A stretch of 50,121 nucleotides of DNA from an uncultured Candidatus Saccharibacteria bacterium (GCA_964439515.1 CAYTNU010000004.1:1832-51952); one strand, 5' to 3'. Counted from the stretch's first letter, positions 1-9,069 are shown. Notes: a model not told the origin generated them from the sequence alone. Translations and numbers: made by a program.

Positions 1-447
1 TAAATCTTGAATAGTTTTTAAAGAATTTTTAAATTCTTCTAAATCTTCTTTTTTAATATTAAAAACACCTTGAACAGATTTCTCCTTTTGGTGTGAAACA
101 GCTAATTCATATCGTCCCCAGCCCTTTTTTAAACTATTTAAAGATGTGATAAATAAATTACATTCAAATCCTTGTTCTTGAAATTCTTTAATAATTTTTT
201 GTGTTTCCGGATTTTGTGGGTCCTTGACTGCTAAACGGAGTATTCGTCCAGATTTTTTAATAATTAAAGCATTTCCTTTTTCTGCTTTTTCTTTTGGTAA
301 AATGATTAAATCATTAGGATCAATTGGAGTAATAGTTAAATTGATATATGGCAAATCAAGAGTTTCAGCTAATTTTTTAGTTATAGCTTCTTCTCTTTCA
401 TGTTTGATTTTTTCTAGTTGTTCTTGAAGCTCTTCGCTTTTATCCAT
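1..447 (-). CDS. PilB/GspE-family type IV pilus / type II secretion ATPase, N-terminal part only (gene runs off the window start)
   Basis: Absent from the ORF track because it is open-ended. My reverse-complement translation from the ATG at 447..445 reads MDKSEELQEQLEKIKHEREEAITKKLAETLDLPYINLTITPIDPNDLIILPKEKAEKGNALIIKKSGRILRLAVKDPQNPETQKIIKEFQEQGFECNLFITSLNSLKKGWGRYE... with no stop through base 1. The pattern resembles the GspE/T2SSE N-terminal domain. Confidence 0.55.
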   Translation of the reverse strand, partial: MDKSEELQEQLEKIKHEREEAITKKLAETLDLPYINLTITPIDPNDLIILPKEKAEKGNALIIKKSGRILRLAVKDPQNPETQKIIKEFQEQGFECNLFITSLNSLKKGWGRYELAVSHQKEKSVQGVFNIKKEDLEEFKNSLKTIQDL

Positions 448-453
448 GTCATT

Positions 454-482
454 ATTTTATCTTATTTTGATGATAGGGTCAA
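454..482 (-). promoter_or_regulatory. Putative sigma70-like promoter of the pilB-like gene: TTGACC-N17-TAAAAT, with the ATG 6 nt downstream
   Basis: Minus strand: -35 TTGACC (482..477), 17-nt spacer, -10 TAAAAT (459..454), then AATGAC, then the ATG at 447. No SD. Confidence 0.45.
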
Positions 483-494
483 ATAGAGTATACT
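467..494 (+). promoter_or_regulatory. Putative sigma70-like promoter of tsaE: TTGATG-N16-TATACT, with the ATG 7 nt downstream
   Basis: -35 at 467..472, -10 at 489..494, ATG at 502. No SD. Interleaved with the divergent minus-strand promoter. Confidence 0.45.
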
Positions 495-501
495 GATATT
501 A

Positions 502-945
502 ATGAATAAAAAAGAGGTTATAATCCAAAGTGCTGAAGAAATGCAGAAGGTTGGAAAATATTTATCAAACGAGATTTTAAAAGAGATTTTAGAGAATAAG
601 AAAGCAATAGTCATTGGTCTGGAAGGTGATTTGGGTAGTGGTAAAACTACTTTTGTTCAAGGCATTGCCAAGGGATTGGGAATCAAGGGAAAAATTACGA
701 GTCCGACTTTTGTAATTATGAGGAAATATGATTTTTTGTATCATATTGATTGTTATAGGATTAAGTCAAAAGATTTACTTGAATTGGATTTTAAAGAAAT
801 TATTAAACAATCAGGGAACATTGTTGTTATTGAATGGGCTGAACGAATAAAAAAGGTTTTACCTAAAGATGTTATCTGGATGAAATTTGAATATTTAGAT
901 AAAGATAAAAGGAAAATAATATATGAAGAAATTAATTCTAATTGA
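502..945 (+). CDS. tsaE: tRNA t6A37 biosynthesis ATPase TsaE (YjeE family)
   Basis: Walker A motif GDLGSGKTTFVQGIAKGLG, size of about 150 aa, SPTF motif. Ends in TGA. Confidence 0.85.
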   Translation: MNKKEVIIQSAEEMQKVGKYLSNEILKEILENKKAIVIGLEGDLGSGKTTFVQGIAKGLGIKGKITSPTFVIMRKYDFLYHIDCYRIKSKDLLELDFKEIIKQSGNIVVIEWAERIKKVLPKDVIWMKFEYLDKDKRKIIYEEINSN

Positions 946-1792
946 TGGAAATGCCTTAATTCATAGGGCATATCATGCTATTCCACCTTTAAAAACTGAA
1001 AAAGGTCAATTAGTTAATGCAGTTTATGGTTTTATTAGTATTCTCTTTAGAGTAATTCAGGAATTAGAACCAGATTATTTAACGGTTACTTTTGATTTAG
1101 CTGGTCCAACTTTTCGTAATTTAGAATATAAAGAGTATAAGGCAAAAAGGATAAAACAACCTCAAGAATTTTATGATCAAATTCCTTTAATAAAAGAATT
1201 TGTAAAAACATTAGAAATTCCTATTTATGAAAAAAAGGGATTTGAAGCAGATGATATCATAGGAACAATTGTTGAGAAAACAAAAGATAAGAAAATAAAG
1301 AAAATTATTATTACTAGTGATTTAGATGTGTTACAATTAGTTAATAAACAAACTGAAATTTATACGCTTAAAAAAGGTATTAATGATACAGCAATTTATA
1401 ATCTATCAGCTATTAAAGAACGATATGGATTAACTCCAAAACAAATTATTAGTTTTAAAGGATTAAAAGGAGATCCATCTGATAATATTCCAGGAGTCCC
1501 TGGGATAGGCGAGAAAACAGCTCTTCAGTTGATTAAAGAATTTAATAGTTTAGAAAATCTTTATCAAAAATTAAGTAATAGTAGTTTAAACCAAAAATTA
1601 CAATCTAGACTTTTAGAATACAAGGAACAAGCTTTTTTTAGTCAGTATTTAGTTACAATAAAGAGAGATGTATCAATTAATTTTAAATTAACAGAATGCA
1701 ATTGGGGTAAATTCAATAGAAAGAAAACTAATAAATTATTAGAGACATTAGGATTTAAAAGTTTGATTAAAAGATTAGATATGATAAAATAA
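923..1792 (+). CDS. Stand-alone 5'-3' exonuclease (Pol I N-terminal/FEN-like domain)
   Basis: LILIDGNALIHRAYHA, EADDIIGT, GDPSDNIPGVPGIGEKTA (H3TH). 289 aa with no polymerase domain. Overlaps tsaE by 23 nt. Confidence 0.85.
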   Translation: MKKLILIDGNALIHRAYHAIPPLKTEKGQLVNAVYGFISILFRVIQELEPDYLTVTFDLAGPTFRNLEYKEYKAKRIKQPQEFYDQIPLIKEFVKTLEIPIYEKKGFEADDIIGTIVEKTKDKKIKKIIITSDLDVLQLVNKQTEIYTLKKGINDTAIYNLSAIKERYGLTPKQIISFKGLKGDPSDNIPGVPGIGEKTALQLIKEFNSLENLYQKLSNSSLNQKLQSRLLEYKEQAFFSQYLVTIKRDVSINFKLTECNWGKFNRKKTNKLLETLGFKSLIKRLDMIK

Positions 1793-1801
1793 GAAATAAT
1801 T

Positions 1802-2614
1802 ATGATAGATAAAGAGAAGGGAAAAACCGAAGTGATCATTAAAGATAATAACCAAACTGTTCAAATGAGGTTGTTTACTACTATCGCTTTTCTTTTTATG
1901 GTTTTTCTTTTTTCTTTTTTAGGAAAAGCTAGTTTTCCGATTATAGTTTCTGTTATTTTACTTATTTGGATTATAGAACAATTTTTATTCTTCTTAATTA
2001 TTAAAAGACAAAAAATAATCTCTATAATAGATAATATTTTTTTTGGTCAATTTATTTTTGATCTTTCTATATTAACTTTAATTATTCATTATATTGGAGG
2101 AGCCGAATGGGTTGGTGGTATTTTTTATTTTTTTTCTATCACTTATCTAATGTTTCATATCTCTCAAAGAAATAGAAAAATGTTTTTAGTTATTTTTGCT
2201 TTTTTGCTTTATTCTATTTTGATCCTTTCAGAATATTTTGGAATTATTTCTCATTATGGCATTATTCCTAGCTCTGGTGCTTATCAAGATTTTTATTATG
2301 TTATGATAACCATATCAGCGGTTGGAGGAGTTTTTTTCCTAATGGCTTTTACTATTAATACATTTGCTAATAGATTAAAGAAAAGAACTAAAGAGTTAGA
2401 AGAAATAAAAATTACATTACAAGGAAAGATTAAACTAAGAACAGAGAAATTAGAATTATTAACAGAGAACCTTGAAGAAAAAGTAAAAAAAAGAACAAAA
2501 GAACTTGAGACAAGAGTTAATGAATTAGAAAGATTTTATAAATTAACTATTGGCAGAGAGACAAAGATGATGGAATTAAAAGAAGAAATTAAAAAATTAA
2601 AAGAACAAAAATAA
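1802..2614 (+). CDS. Polytopic membrane protein with a C-terminal coiled coil (sensor-like, no kinase domain)
   Basis: About 6 hydrophobic segments, then the heptad-rich tail KKRTKELEEIK...ENLEEKVKKRTKELETRVNELERFYKLTIGRETKMMELKEEIKKLK. No HisKA or HATPase motifs. Confidence 0.6.
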   Translation: MIDKEKGKTEVIIKDNNQTVQMRLFTTIAFLFMVFLFSFLGKASFPIIVSVILLIWIIEQFLFFLIIKRQKIISIIDNIFFGQFIFDLSILTLIIHYIGGAEWVGGIFYFFSITYLMFHISQRNRKMFLVIFAFLLYSILILSEYFGIISHYGIIPSSGAYQDFYYVMITISAVGGVFFLMAFTINTFANRLKKRTKELEEIKITLQGKIKLRTEKLELLTENLEEKVKKRTKELETRVNELERFYKLTIGRETKMMELKEEIKKLKEQK

Positions 2615-2690
2615 TAGCCAAGGAAAATAAATGTATATTTAAGGGTTCTCCTTATCATGAATTTATTTTTAATTGGTAATATATAAAAAT

Positions 2691-3293
2691 ATGTTAAATA
2701 AAAAAGAGATTGAAGATGTTCTAAAAATAAAAGGAGAAGTTAGAGGAGCTGTTTTCAAAACAGATGCTAGGTATGTTTTAGAAAAAAAAGGAGAAGAAGA
2801 ATTAAAAAAATTAGAAACAAGAATATTTAAAGAAACTGGACAACCAATTAAATATGGCAAAGAAGTTGTTGCAACTAATTGGTATCCCTTAAGTTGGCGC
2901 ATTCTTTCTTTGTTGTTTATTAGAGATGCTTTTAAATGGGATGATGAAGAGATATTTAAAATGGGCTTAACTGCACCAAAATATTCTTTTATTGTTAAAA
3001 CTCTTTTAAGTTATTTTGTTTCTTTAGAGAAGACCTTTACTGAAAGTACTAAATATTGGCGTGAACATTATTCAACTGGAGAACTTATTTCTCCTGTAAT
3101 AGATGTCAAAGGTAAGCGATTGGTTGTTCAACTTAAAGACTTTAAAAATCATCCTATTCTTTGCTCTTATTTTAAAGGTTTTTTTAGAGCGATTGCTAAT
3201 TTATCAGTTAGAACAAAGAAAATGAATATTGAAGAAGATAAATGTCCATTTAGAGGAGATGAATATCATCAGTTTGTTATTACTTGGGAATAA
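2691..3293 (+). CDS. Hypothetical protein, V4R/DUF2378-like putative small-ligand-binding protein
   Basis: The C-terminal pattern ILCSYFKGFFRAIANLS...NIEEDKCPFRGDEYHQFVITWE resembles the V4R C..G..(A/G)...E..C..GD..C.F.I signature, recalled from memory. I prefer the ATG at 2691 (MLNKKEIE) over the track's TTG at 2673. Confidence 0.4.
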   Translation: MLNKKEIEDVLKIKGEVRGAVFKTDARYVLEKKGEEELKKLETRIFKETGQPIKYGKEVVATNWYPLSWRILSLLFIRDAFKWDDEEIFKMGLTAPKYSFIVKTLLSYFVSLEKTFTESTKYWREHYSTGELISPVIDVKGKRLVVQLKDFKNHPILCSYFKGFFRAIANLSVRTKKMNIEEDKCPFRGDEYHQFVITWE

Positions 3294-3308
3294 AAAGATT
3301 AAATAAAG

Positions 3309-4862
3309 ATGGAAGAAAATAATACATTAAAAAATTATCAAAATGATTTAGAGAACCTAGAAAGATATATTGAAGAGTTTTCTATCTTTTTGCCATTGCC
3401 TATTTGTACTGTTAGTCCTTTAGGAATAATTATAGACGTTAATCAGGCAGCTAGAGACTTTACTGGGTATTCTGATGGTGAAGTTATTGGTGAAGATTTA
3501 GAATTTTTATTTAAGGATAAAAAATTAGCTAAAAGCTTTTTTGACCAAATAATAAAGAATGGATTAATTAAGAATCAAGAATTGATTTTGGTTGATAAGT
3601 ATAAAAAAGATATTTCAGTAAGCGTTTCTGGGGCAACAAGAAAAGATGTGGAAGAAAATATTATTGGTTGTTTTTTAGCTATTTCTGATATTACTGAAAT
3701 CAAAAAATTTCAAGAAAATTTAGAAGAGAAAGTAAAAGAAAGGACATATGAATTAGAAACGGCGAAAAAGGCATTGATAAATATGCTAGAAGATGCTGAA
3801 GAAGCAAGAAAGCGAATTGAAGAAGAAGAAAGCAAAACGAGAGCTACATTAATAAGTTTAACAGATGGATTAATAGTTTTTAATAAAGATAGAAAAATTA
3901 CATTAGTTAATCCTGAGGCAGAGAGTGCTTTAGGATTAAAAGAAAATCAAATTTTAAACAGAGAAATAGGCAATATTTCTGAGTTTCCTAATTTGACTGA
4001 ACTTTATCGTGTATTAGGAAAGAAGATAGAATGGACAGGTCAAAAATATGAATTAGTATTTGAAAAACCAATTAAAAGATATTCTCAAGTATCAATCGCT
4101 CCTGTTGTCGTTGATAAAGAAACAATTGGTTTAATGGTAATAATGCATGATATTACTCGTGAAAGAGAGATTGAACGACTTAAAACGGAATTCGTTTCTA
4201 TTGCAGCTCATCAATTAAGGACTCCATTGTCAGCTATCAAATGGACTATAAAAATGCTATTAGATGGAGATATAGGACCTCTTACTTCAGAACAAATTGA
4301 ATTTTTAATGAAGGGATATCAAAGCAATGAAAGAATGATTATCTTAATCAATGATTTGCTTAATGTAGCTAGAATTGAAGAAGGACGAATTATTTATGAG
4401 TTAACATCTTGTTCTATAGAAAAAATTATTCAAGAAACTATTAATAATTTATTAAACATTACTAAAAATAAAAAGATTAAACTTGTTTTCAATAAACCTA
4501 AAAAATCATTGCCTAAGATTGAAATTGATAAAGAAAAAATAAGTATTGTTATTCAAAATCTAATAGATAATGCAATTCGTTTTAGTAATCCAAATAATAT
4601 AGTGACAGTTTCAATTAGTTGTGATAAAATTAATATAGAAGTAATTGTTGAAGACAATGGAATTGGTATTCCGAAAGAACAGCAAAGAAGAATTTTTAAT
4701 AAATTTTTTAGAGCAGACAATGCAATAAGATTTGAGACCGAAGGATCTGGATTGGGATTATTTATTGCTAAAAACATTATTGAAGCACATAAGGGAAAAA
4801 TTTCATTTAAAAGTAAAAAAGGTAAAGGAACTATCTTTAAGTTTACTTTGCCTGTAAAATAA
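3309..4862 (+). CDS. Cytoplasmic PAS-domain sensor histidine kinase
   Basis: No TM segment. PAS-like N-terminus, coiled coil ENLEEKVKERTYELET, second PAS-like region, H-box FVSIAAHQLRTPLSAI, N-box QNLIDNAIRFS, G-boxes DNGIGIP and GSGLGL. Confidence 0.9.
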   Translation: MEENNTLKNYQNDLENLERYIEEFSIFLPLPICTVSPLGIIIDVNQAARDFTGYSDGEVIGEDLEFLFKDKKLAKSFFDQIIKNGLIKNQELILVDKYKKDISVSVSGATRKDVEENIIGCFLAISDITEIKKFQENLEEKVKERTYELETAKKALINMLEDAEEARKRIEEEESKTRATLISLTDGLIVFNKDRKITLVNPEAESALGLKENQILNREIGNISEFPNLTELYRVLGKKIEWTGQKYELVFEKPIKRYSQVSIAPVVVDKETIGLMVIMHDITREREIERLKTEFVSIAAHQLRTPLSAIKWTIKMLLDGDIGPLTSEQIEFLMKGYQSNERMIILINDLLNVARIEEGRIIYELTSCSIEKIIQETINNLLNITKNKKIKLVFNKPKKSLPKIEIDKEKISIVIQNLIDNAIRFSNPNNIVTVSISCDKINIEVIVEDNGIGIPKEQQRRIFNKFFRADNAIRFETEGSGLGLFIAKNIIEAHKGKISFKSKKGKGTIFKFTLPVK

Positions 4863-4866
4863 ATAT

Positions 4867-5241
4867 ATGAAAAAACTTATTATTATAGAAGATGAGGAAA
4901 CATTACTTAATCTTCTAGAAAAAAAATTAAACCAAGAAGGATATGAAGTTGATATTGCTAGAAATGGAGAAGAGGGGTTAGAAAGGATTAGAAGTAATAG
5001 ACCAGATTTAATTCTTTTAGATATTGTTATGCCTAAAATGGGAGGATTTGAGGTTATGGAGATACTTAGAAAAGACGAAGAATTAAAAAAAATTCCAATC
5101 ATTATTATCTCTAATTCTGGTCAGCCAGTTGAACTAGGAAGAGCCAAAGAATTGGGTGTTGTTGATTGGTTAATTAAAACTGATTTTGCACCTCAAGAAG
5201 TAGTTGATAAAGTAAAAAAACAATTTAATAAAGAGTTATAA
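4867..5241 (+). CDS. Single-domain response regulator (receiver only)
   Basis: IIIEDEE, phospho-acceptor context DLILLDIVMPKMGG, conserved K in LIKT. 124 aa with no output domain. Confidence 0.9.
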   Translation: MKKLIIIEDEETLLNLLEKKLNQEGYEVDIARNGEEGLERIRSNRPDLILLDIVMPKMGGFEVMEILRKDEELKKIPIIIISNSGQPVELGRAKELGVVDWLIKTDFAPQEVVDKVKKQFNKEL

Positions 5242-5246
5242 TAATT

Positions 5247-5639
5247 ATGACTAATGATGTAGAAAAAAAAGCATTTATTTTATTAGTTGAAGATGATAAA
5301 TTTTTACGTGAACTTTTAGTTCGTAAATTAGAAACAGTTGGTTTTAAAGTTTCAGCTGCAGTTGATGGTCGTGAAGCACTAAAAAAGGCCAAAGAAGAAT
5401 TACCAGATTTGATATTATTAGATTTAGTTCTTCCGGGTATAGATGGTTTTGATATTTTGAAACAGATTAAAGAAGATTCTGAAACTAGTAAAATCCCAGT
5501 AATTATTCTAAGCAATCTTGGACAAAGAGAAGAAGTTGAAAAAGGGTTAAAATTAGGAGCAGATGATTATTTAATAAAAGCTCATTTTACACCTGATGAG
5601 ATTATTAATAAGGTTAGTGGTATTTTGGGGATTAAATAA
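5247..5639 (+). CDS. Single-domain response regulator (receiver only), paralogue of the preceding gene
   Basis: LLVEDD, DLILLDLVLPGIDG, YLIKAHFTPDEIINKV. 130 aa with no output domain. Confidence 0.9.
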   Translation: MTNDVEKKAFILLVEDDKFLRELLVRKLETVGFKVSAAVDGREALKKAKEELPDLILLDLVLPGIDGFDILKQIKEDSETSKIPVIILSNLGQREEVEKGLKLGADDYLIKAHFTPDEIINKVSGILGIK

Positions 5640-5651
5640 ATAACTTTTAAT

Positions 5652-6674
5652 ATGTTTAATAAGAAATTAATTATAATTTCGTTTTTTATTATTTTAGCCC
5701 TTGGGCTAATTTTTGTTTGGCAAAAAAGTAGTTGGACAATTGAAGTTGGGAACGAATCAACTGACTCAATTATTGGAATAGAGAATGAAGGGATTAGCCC
5801 TTTAAGTGGGTTGGTTTGCGATAATTACAAAAGAAGACCATTCGCTGTTGTTTTGGCTAATGACCCTGTAACTCGTCCTTTATCTGGTCTCTCTAAGGCA
5901 GATTTAGTTATTGAAATGCCAGTGATTACAAACAGTATTACTAGAATGATTGCTTTTTATGTTTGCAATGATCCAGAAGAAATTGGTTCTTTGCGTAGTG
6001 CTCGTCATGATTTTATTCCTCTAGCGCAAGGACTTGATTCTATTCTAGTGCATTGGGGTGGTTCTCATTTTGCTTTAGATAAATTAGATGCTGGTGTCAT
6101 AGATAATATTGATGCTTTAAAAAATCCATATAATGCTTTTTATCGTGAAGGTAGTAAGCCACAACCACACAATGGATTTACTTCTTTAGACCGTTTAAAT
6201 AATAGTGCTAAAAAACTTAATTATCGTTTAACGAATGTTTTTGAAGGTTATTCTTTTATTAAGGAGAAAAAAGGACAATCGAATGATAAGGTTTTAAGAA
6301 TAAATTATTCTTATCCATATAATGTTTCTTATCAATATGACTCAATTACCAATTCGTATTTTCGTTATAGAACGAACTTAAAGGAAGTGGATGCTAGCAA
6401 TGATAAACAGATTGAAGCAAAAAACATCGTTGTTATGAGATCTTTTTCTAAACAAATTGAAGGTCCATACTATAATGATTTAGATTTAGAAGGAAGCGAT
6501 GAATGTCAAATTTATCAAAATGGTATAGTCATTGATTGTATCTGGAAAAAGAGCGAAATTAATCCATATAGTAAGCTTAAATTTTTAGATAATGATGACA
6601 ATGAAATTCCTTTTGTTCAAGGACAAACATGGATAGAAATAGTCGAACCAAATCAAGAGGTAACATGGGAATAA
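5652..6674 (+). CDS. DUF3048-family secreted or membrane-anchored protein
   Basis: N-terminal hydrophobic anchor. RPFAVVLANDPVTRPLSGLSKADLVIEMPV...ITRMIAFY resembles the DUF3048 (YerB-like) N-terminal domain. Confidence 0.6.
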   Translation: MFNKKLIIISFFIILALGLIFVWQKSSWTIEVGNESTDSIIGIENEGISPLSGLVCDNYKRRPFAVVLANDPVTRPLSGLSKADLVIEMPVITNSITRMIAFYVCNDPEEIGSLRSARHDFIPLAQGLDSILVHWGGSHFALDKLDAGVIDNIDALKNPYNAFYREGSKPQPHNGFTSLDRLNNSAKKLNYRLTNVFEGYSFIKEKKGQSNDKVLRINYSYPYNVSYQYDSITNSYFRYRTNLKEVDASNDKQIEAKNIVVMRSFSKQIEGPYYNDLDLEGSDECQIYQNGIVIDCIWKKSEINPYSKLKFLDNDDNEIPFVQGQTWIEIVEPNQEVTWE

Positions 6675-6677
6675 AAT

Positions 6678-7610
6678 ATGCTTATTTTACTCTATGGCGA
6701 GGATGGTTTTCGTTCGCGTCAAAAATTAAATGAGATTATAAAACAGTATCAAGACAAAAATCAAATAGGTCTTAGTTTGATTCGTTTTAAAGAAAATGAT
6801 TTAGATATTGATAAGATTAGACAAAATATTGAATCTGTTTCAATGTTTGATGAAAAAAAATTAATTATTTTAGAAGATGTTTTTAAAAATAAGATTTTTT
6901 TTAAAGATTTTTCTAAGTATATTAAGAAAAATAAATTAAAAGATAATCAAAATATAATTGTTGTTCTTTATCAAGATGGGAAATTGACAGGAAGTGCATT
7001 CAAGGGTCAATTTAGCATGTTTGAAGAATTTAAATCTTTAAATAATGTAGAAACAGTTAATTGGCTTAAAAAAGAAATAAGTAAAAATAATATTGATATT
7101 AATCATGGAGCTTTAATAAAATTAGTGTCTTATATCGGCAATGATTTATGGCAATTGAATAATGAGATTAATAAACTGGATAGTTATAAAAATGGTAAAA
7201 CAATTAATGAAGAAGATATTGATATTTTAGTTAATGTTAAAATAGATACTAATATTTTTAATACATTAGACGCTTTAGCAAAAAGAGATAAAAAAACAGC
7301 GTTTAAACTTTTGCATGAACATTTAGAACAAGGTGAAAATGAAATTTATTTACTTTCAATGTTTGTTTATCAGGTTCGTACATTAATTAAACTTAAAGAT
7401 TTAATTGAAAAAGGAACAACATATTATGATTTAGCAAAAAAATCAAAATTACATCCTTTTGTAATTAAAAAAAGCTCTGAACAATTAAATAATTTTAGTT
7501 TAGAACAATTAAAGAAAGTTTATCATCGCTTATTAGAAATTGATTTGGAATTAAAAAAAGGCCACATAGATGGACAAGTGGCCCTTGATTTGCTTATAGC
7601 AGAAATTTAA
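6678..7610 (+). CDS. holA: DNA polymerase III delta subunit
   Basis: ILLYGEDGF start, about 310 aa, C-terminal LLEIDLELKKG pattern typical of HolA. Confidence 0.75.
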   Translation: MLILLYGEDGFRSRQKLNEIIKQYQDKNQIGLSLIRFKENDLDIDKIRQNIESVSMFDEKKLIILEDVFKNKIFFKDFSKYIKKNKLKDNQNIIVVLYQDGKLTGSAFKGQFSMFEEFKSLNNVETVNWLKKEISKNNIDINHGALIKLVSYIGNDLWQLNNEINKLDSYKNGKTINEEDIDILVNVKIDTNIFNTLDALAKRDKKTAFKLLHEHLEQGENEIYLLSMFVYQVRTLIKLKDLIEKGTTYYDLAKKSKLHPFVIKKSSEQLNNFSLEQLKKVYHRLLEIDLELKKGHIDGQVALDLLIAEI

Positions 7611-7955
7611 TTATTTAATCTTCTCAACAATCTTTTTAAAGATTTCAGGTTGTTTTTCAGCTAAATGAGCTAATATTTTTCTATCTATTTCAATATTAGC
7701 CTTTTTTAATCCATTAATGAATTTACTATAAGTTACTCCAAGCTCTCTGGAGGCAGCATTAATTTTGATTTGCCAAAGTCGGCGAAAATCTCGCTTTTTC
7801 TTTTTGCGATCCACATAAGAATGAGTAAGCGCATGCTTTACTGCATCTTTGGCTAATTTATATTTAGAATTGCGTCCCCATTTATATCCCTTAGCCTGTT
7901 TAATAACTTTTTTTCTTCGTTTGTGGGCCATAGTGCCCCGTTTTATTCTAGTCAT
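7611..7955 (-). CDS. rplT: 50S ribosomal protein L20
   Basis: MTRIKRGTMAHKRRKKVIKQAKGY...RRLWQIKINAA is a classic bL20 sequence. Confidence 0.97.
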   Translation of the reverse strand: MTRIKRGTMAHKRRKKVIKQAKGYKWGRNSKYKLAKDAVKHALTHSYVDRKKKKRDFRRLWQIKINAASRELGVTYSKFINGLKKANIEIDRKILAHLAEKQPEIFKKIVEKIK

Positions 7956-7972
7956 ATTTCAAAAAAACCAAA

Positions 7973-8170
7973 TTATATACTTGGTAATATCTTTTTAATT
8001 TTTTTACTATCAACTGATGAAAGCTTGCTTGTTTTTCTTTTCTTTCTAGTTTGGTTACTTGAATCTTTAGCATTGAAGTGTCCTTGATGAACTCTTCTGA
8101 CTAATATTTTCTTTTTTCCAGTAACTTTTATTCTTTTAAGCAATGCCTTTCTAGTTTTTAATTTAGTCAT
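7973..8170 (-). CDS. rpmI: 50S ribosomal protein L35
   Basis: MTKLKTRKALLKRIKVTGKKKILVRRVHQGHFNAK. Sits between infC and rplT. Confidence 0.95.
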   Translation of the reverse strand: MTKLKTRKALLKRIKVTGKKKILVRRVHQGHFNAKDSSNQTRKKRKTSKLSSVDSKKIKKILPSI

Positions 8171-8706
8171 TATTGTTTACCTATAACGATACTTAATCCT
8201 CTTGGTTGTCTTCTTATTTCTTGTTCAATTTTTGTTTCTGAAGGAATTAATTTAATAAATTGAGTTAATTTTTCTTTGGCTAAATCAAATAAACTTTTTT
8301 CTCTGCCTTTCAAAATCATTTCAATCCTTACTTTATCTCCTTTTCCAAAAAACTTTTCTATTTGTTTAATTTTGGTTTCTAAATCATGCTGACCAGTTCT
8401 CATGCTAATTCTTATTCCTTTAATCTCTGTTTGTTTTTGTTTGCTTTTTTGTTTTTTGTCTTCTTTTGATTTTTGATATTTATATTTACCACCATCCATA
8501 ATTCGGCAAACAGGTGGTTTAGCATTTGGAGCAATTTCAATTAAATCAAGCCCTTTTTCTCGGGCCATAGCTAAAGCTTTGGATATTTCAACAGCACCGA
8601 TATTTTCATTATTTTCATCAATTAATCGAATAGGATTAGCTTTAATCCAGTGGTTAATCCGTGTCCGTGGTTCCCATTTAGTTTTATTGTACCTTCTTTT
8701 GTAAAT
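8170..8706 (-). CDS. infC: Translation initiation factor IF-3, probably initiating at AUU
   Basis: The track ORF (8170..8568) starts at an internal Met. Translating further upstream in frame gives (I)YKRRYNKTKWEPRTRINHWIKANPIRLIDENNENIGAVEISKALAMAREKGLDLIEIAPNAKPPVCRIMD, which contains the conserved IF-3 N-domain. The frame is closed by a TAA at 8715..8713, and the only plausible start is the ATT at 8706..8704. The stop overlaps the rpmI ATG (TAATG). Confidence 0.8.
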   Translation of the reverse strand: MYKRRYNKTKWEPRTRINHWIKANPIRLIDENNENIGAVEISKALAMAREKGLDLIEIAPNAKPPVCRIMDGGKYKYQKSKEDKKQKSKQKQTEIKGIRISMRTGQHDLETKIKQIEKFFGKGDKVRIEMILKGREKSLFDLAKEKLTQFIKLIPSETKIEQEIRRQPRGLSIVIGKQ

Positions 8707-8724
8707 AGTTTTTTAATTTAATTA

Positions 8725-9069
8725 TGTGGAGAAGGGGAGAATCGAACTCCCGTCTGAAAGTTATCTTTTAATAATTCTACAAGCTTATCTTGGTTTTGAA
8801 TAAAAATCAAGAACTAAAAACCAAGCAAAACATTCTTAATTTTTTATCTCATAAGTTTCAATAATTAAAATGAGACGATTTTAATTATCTATTCTGATAA
8901 GTTGACACCCGAATTCCTCTATCAGAAATCAAGGATTCAGATGACTACTGACTTTAAGCAGTAGCAAAAGCTAAATTATTGTTAGCAATTATAGGTTTTG
9001 TAAGTTTTACGAGATTACACTCGACTTGCTTATTAAAAAAAAGAACTCCCATCGATACCTGTCATCCCC
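8725..9069 (-). ncRNA. ssrA: tmRNA (SsrA), one-piece
   Basis: The reverse complement begins GGGGATGACAGGTATCGATGGGAG and ends GACGGGAGTTCGATTCTCCCCTTCTCCACA. It has a tRNA-like acceptor with a G3:U pair and a T-arm GGGAG/TTCGATT/CTCCC. It carries an internal tag ORF and lies adjacent to smpB. The 3' CCA is not fully encoded (...CUCC-A-CAU). Confidence 0.9.
8954..8986 (-). other. tmRNA tag reading frame: GCT AAC AAT AAT TTA GCT TTT GCT ACT GCT TAA = ANNNLAFATA*
   Basis: Read directly from the reverse complement of 8986..8954. Preceded by ...CCTATAATT. Confidence 0.7.

Noticed and set aside
8170-8568. ATG at 8568 as the infC start (as in the ORF track)
   Set aside because: It would delete the conserved IF-3 N-terminal segment, which is encoded in frame immediately upstream. 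The ATT at 8706 is preferred.
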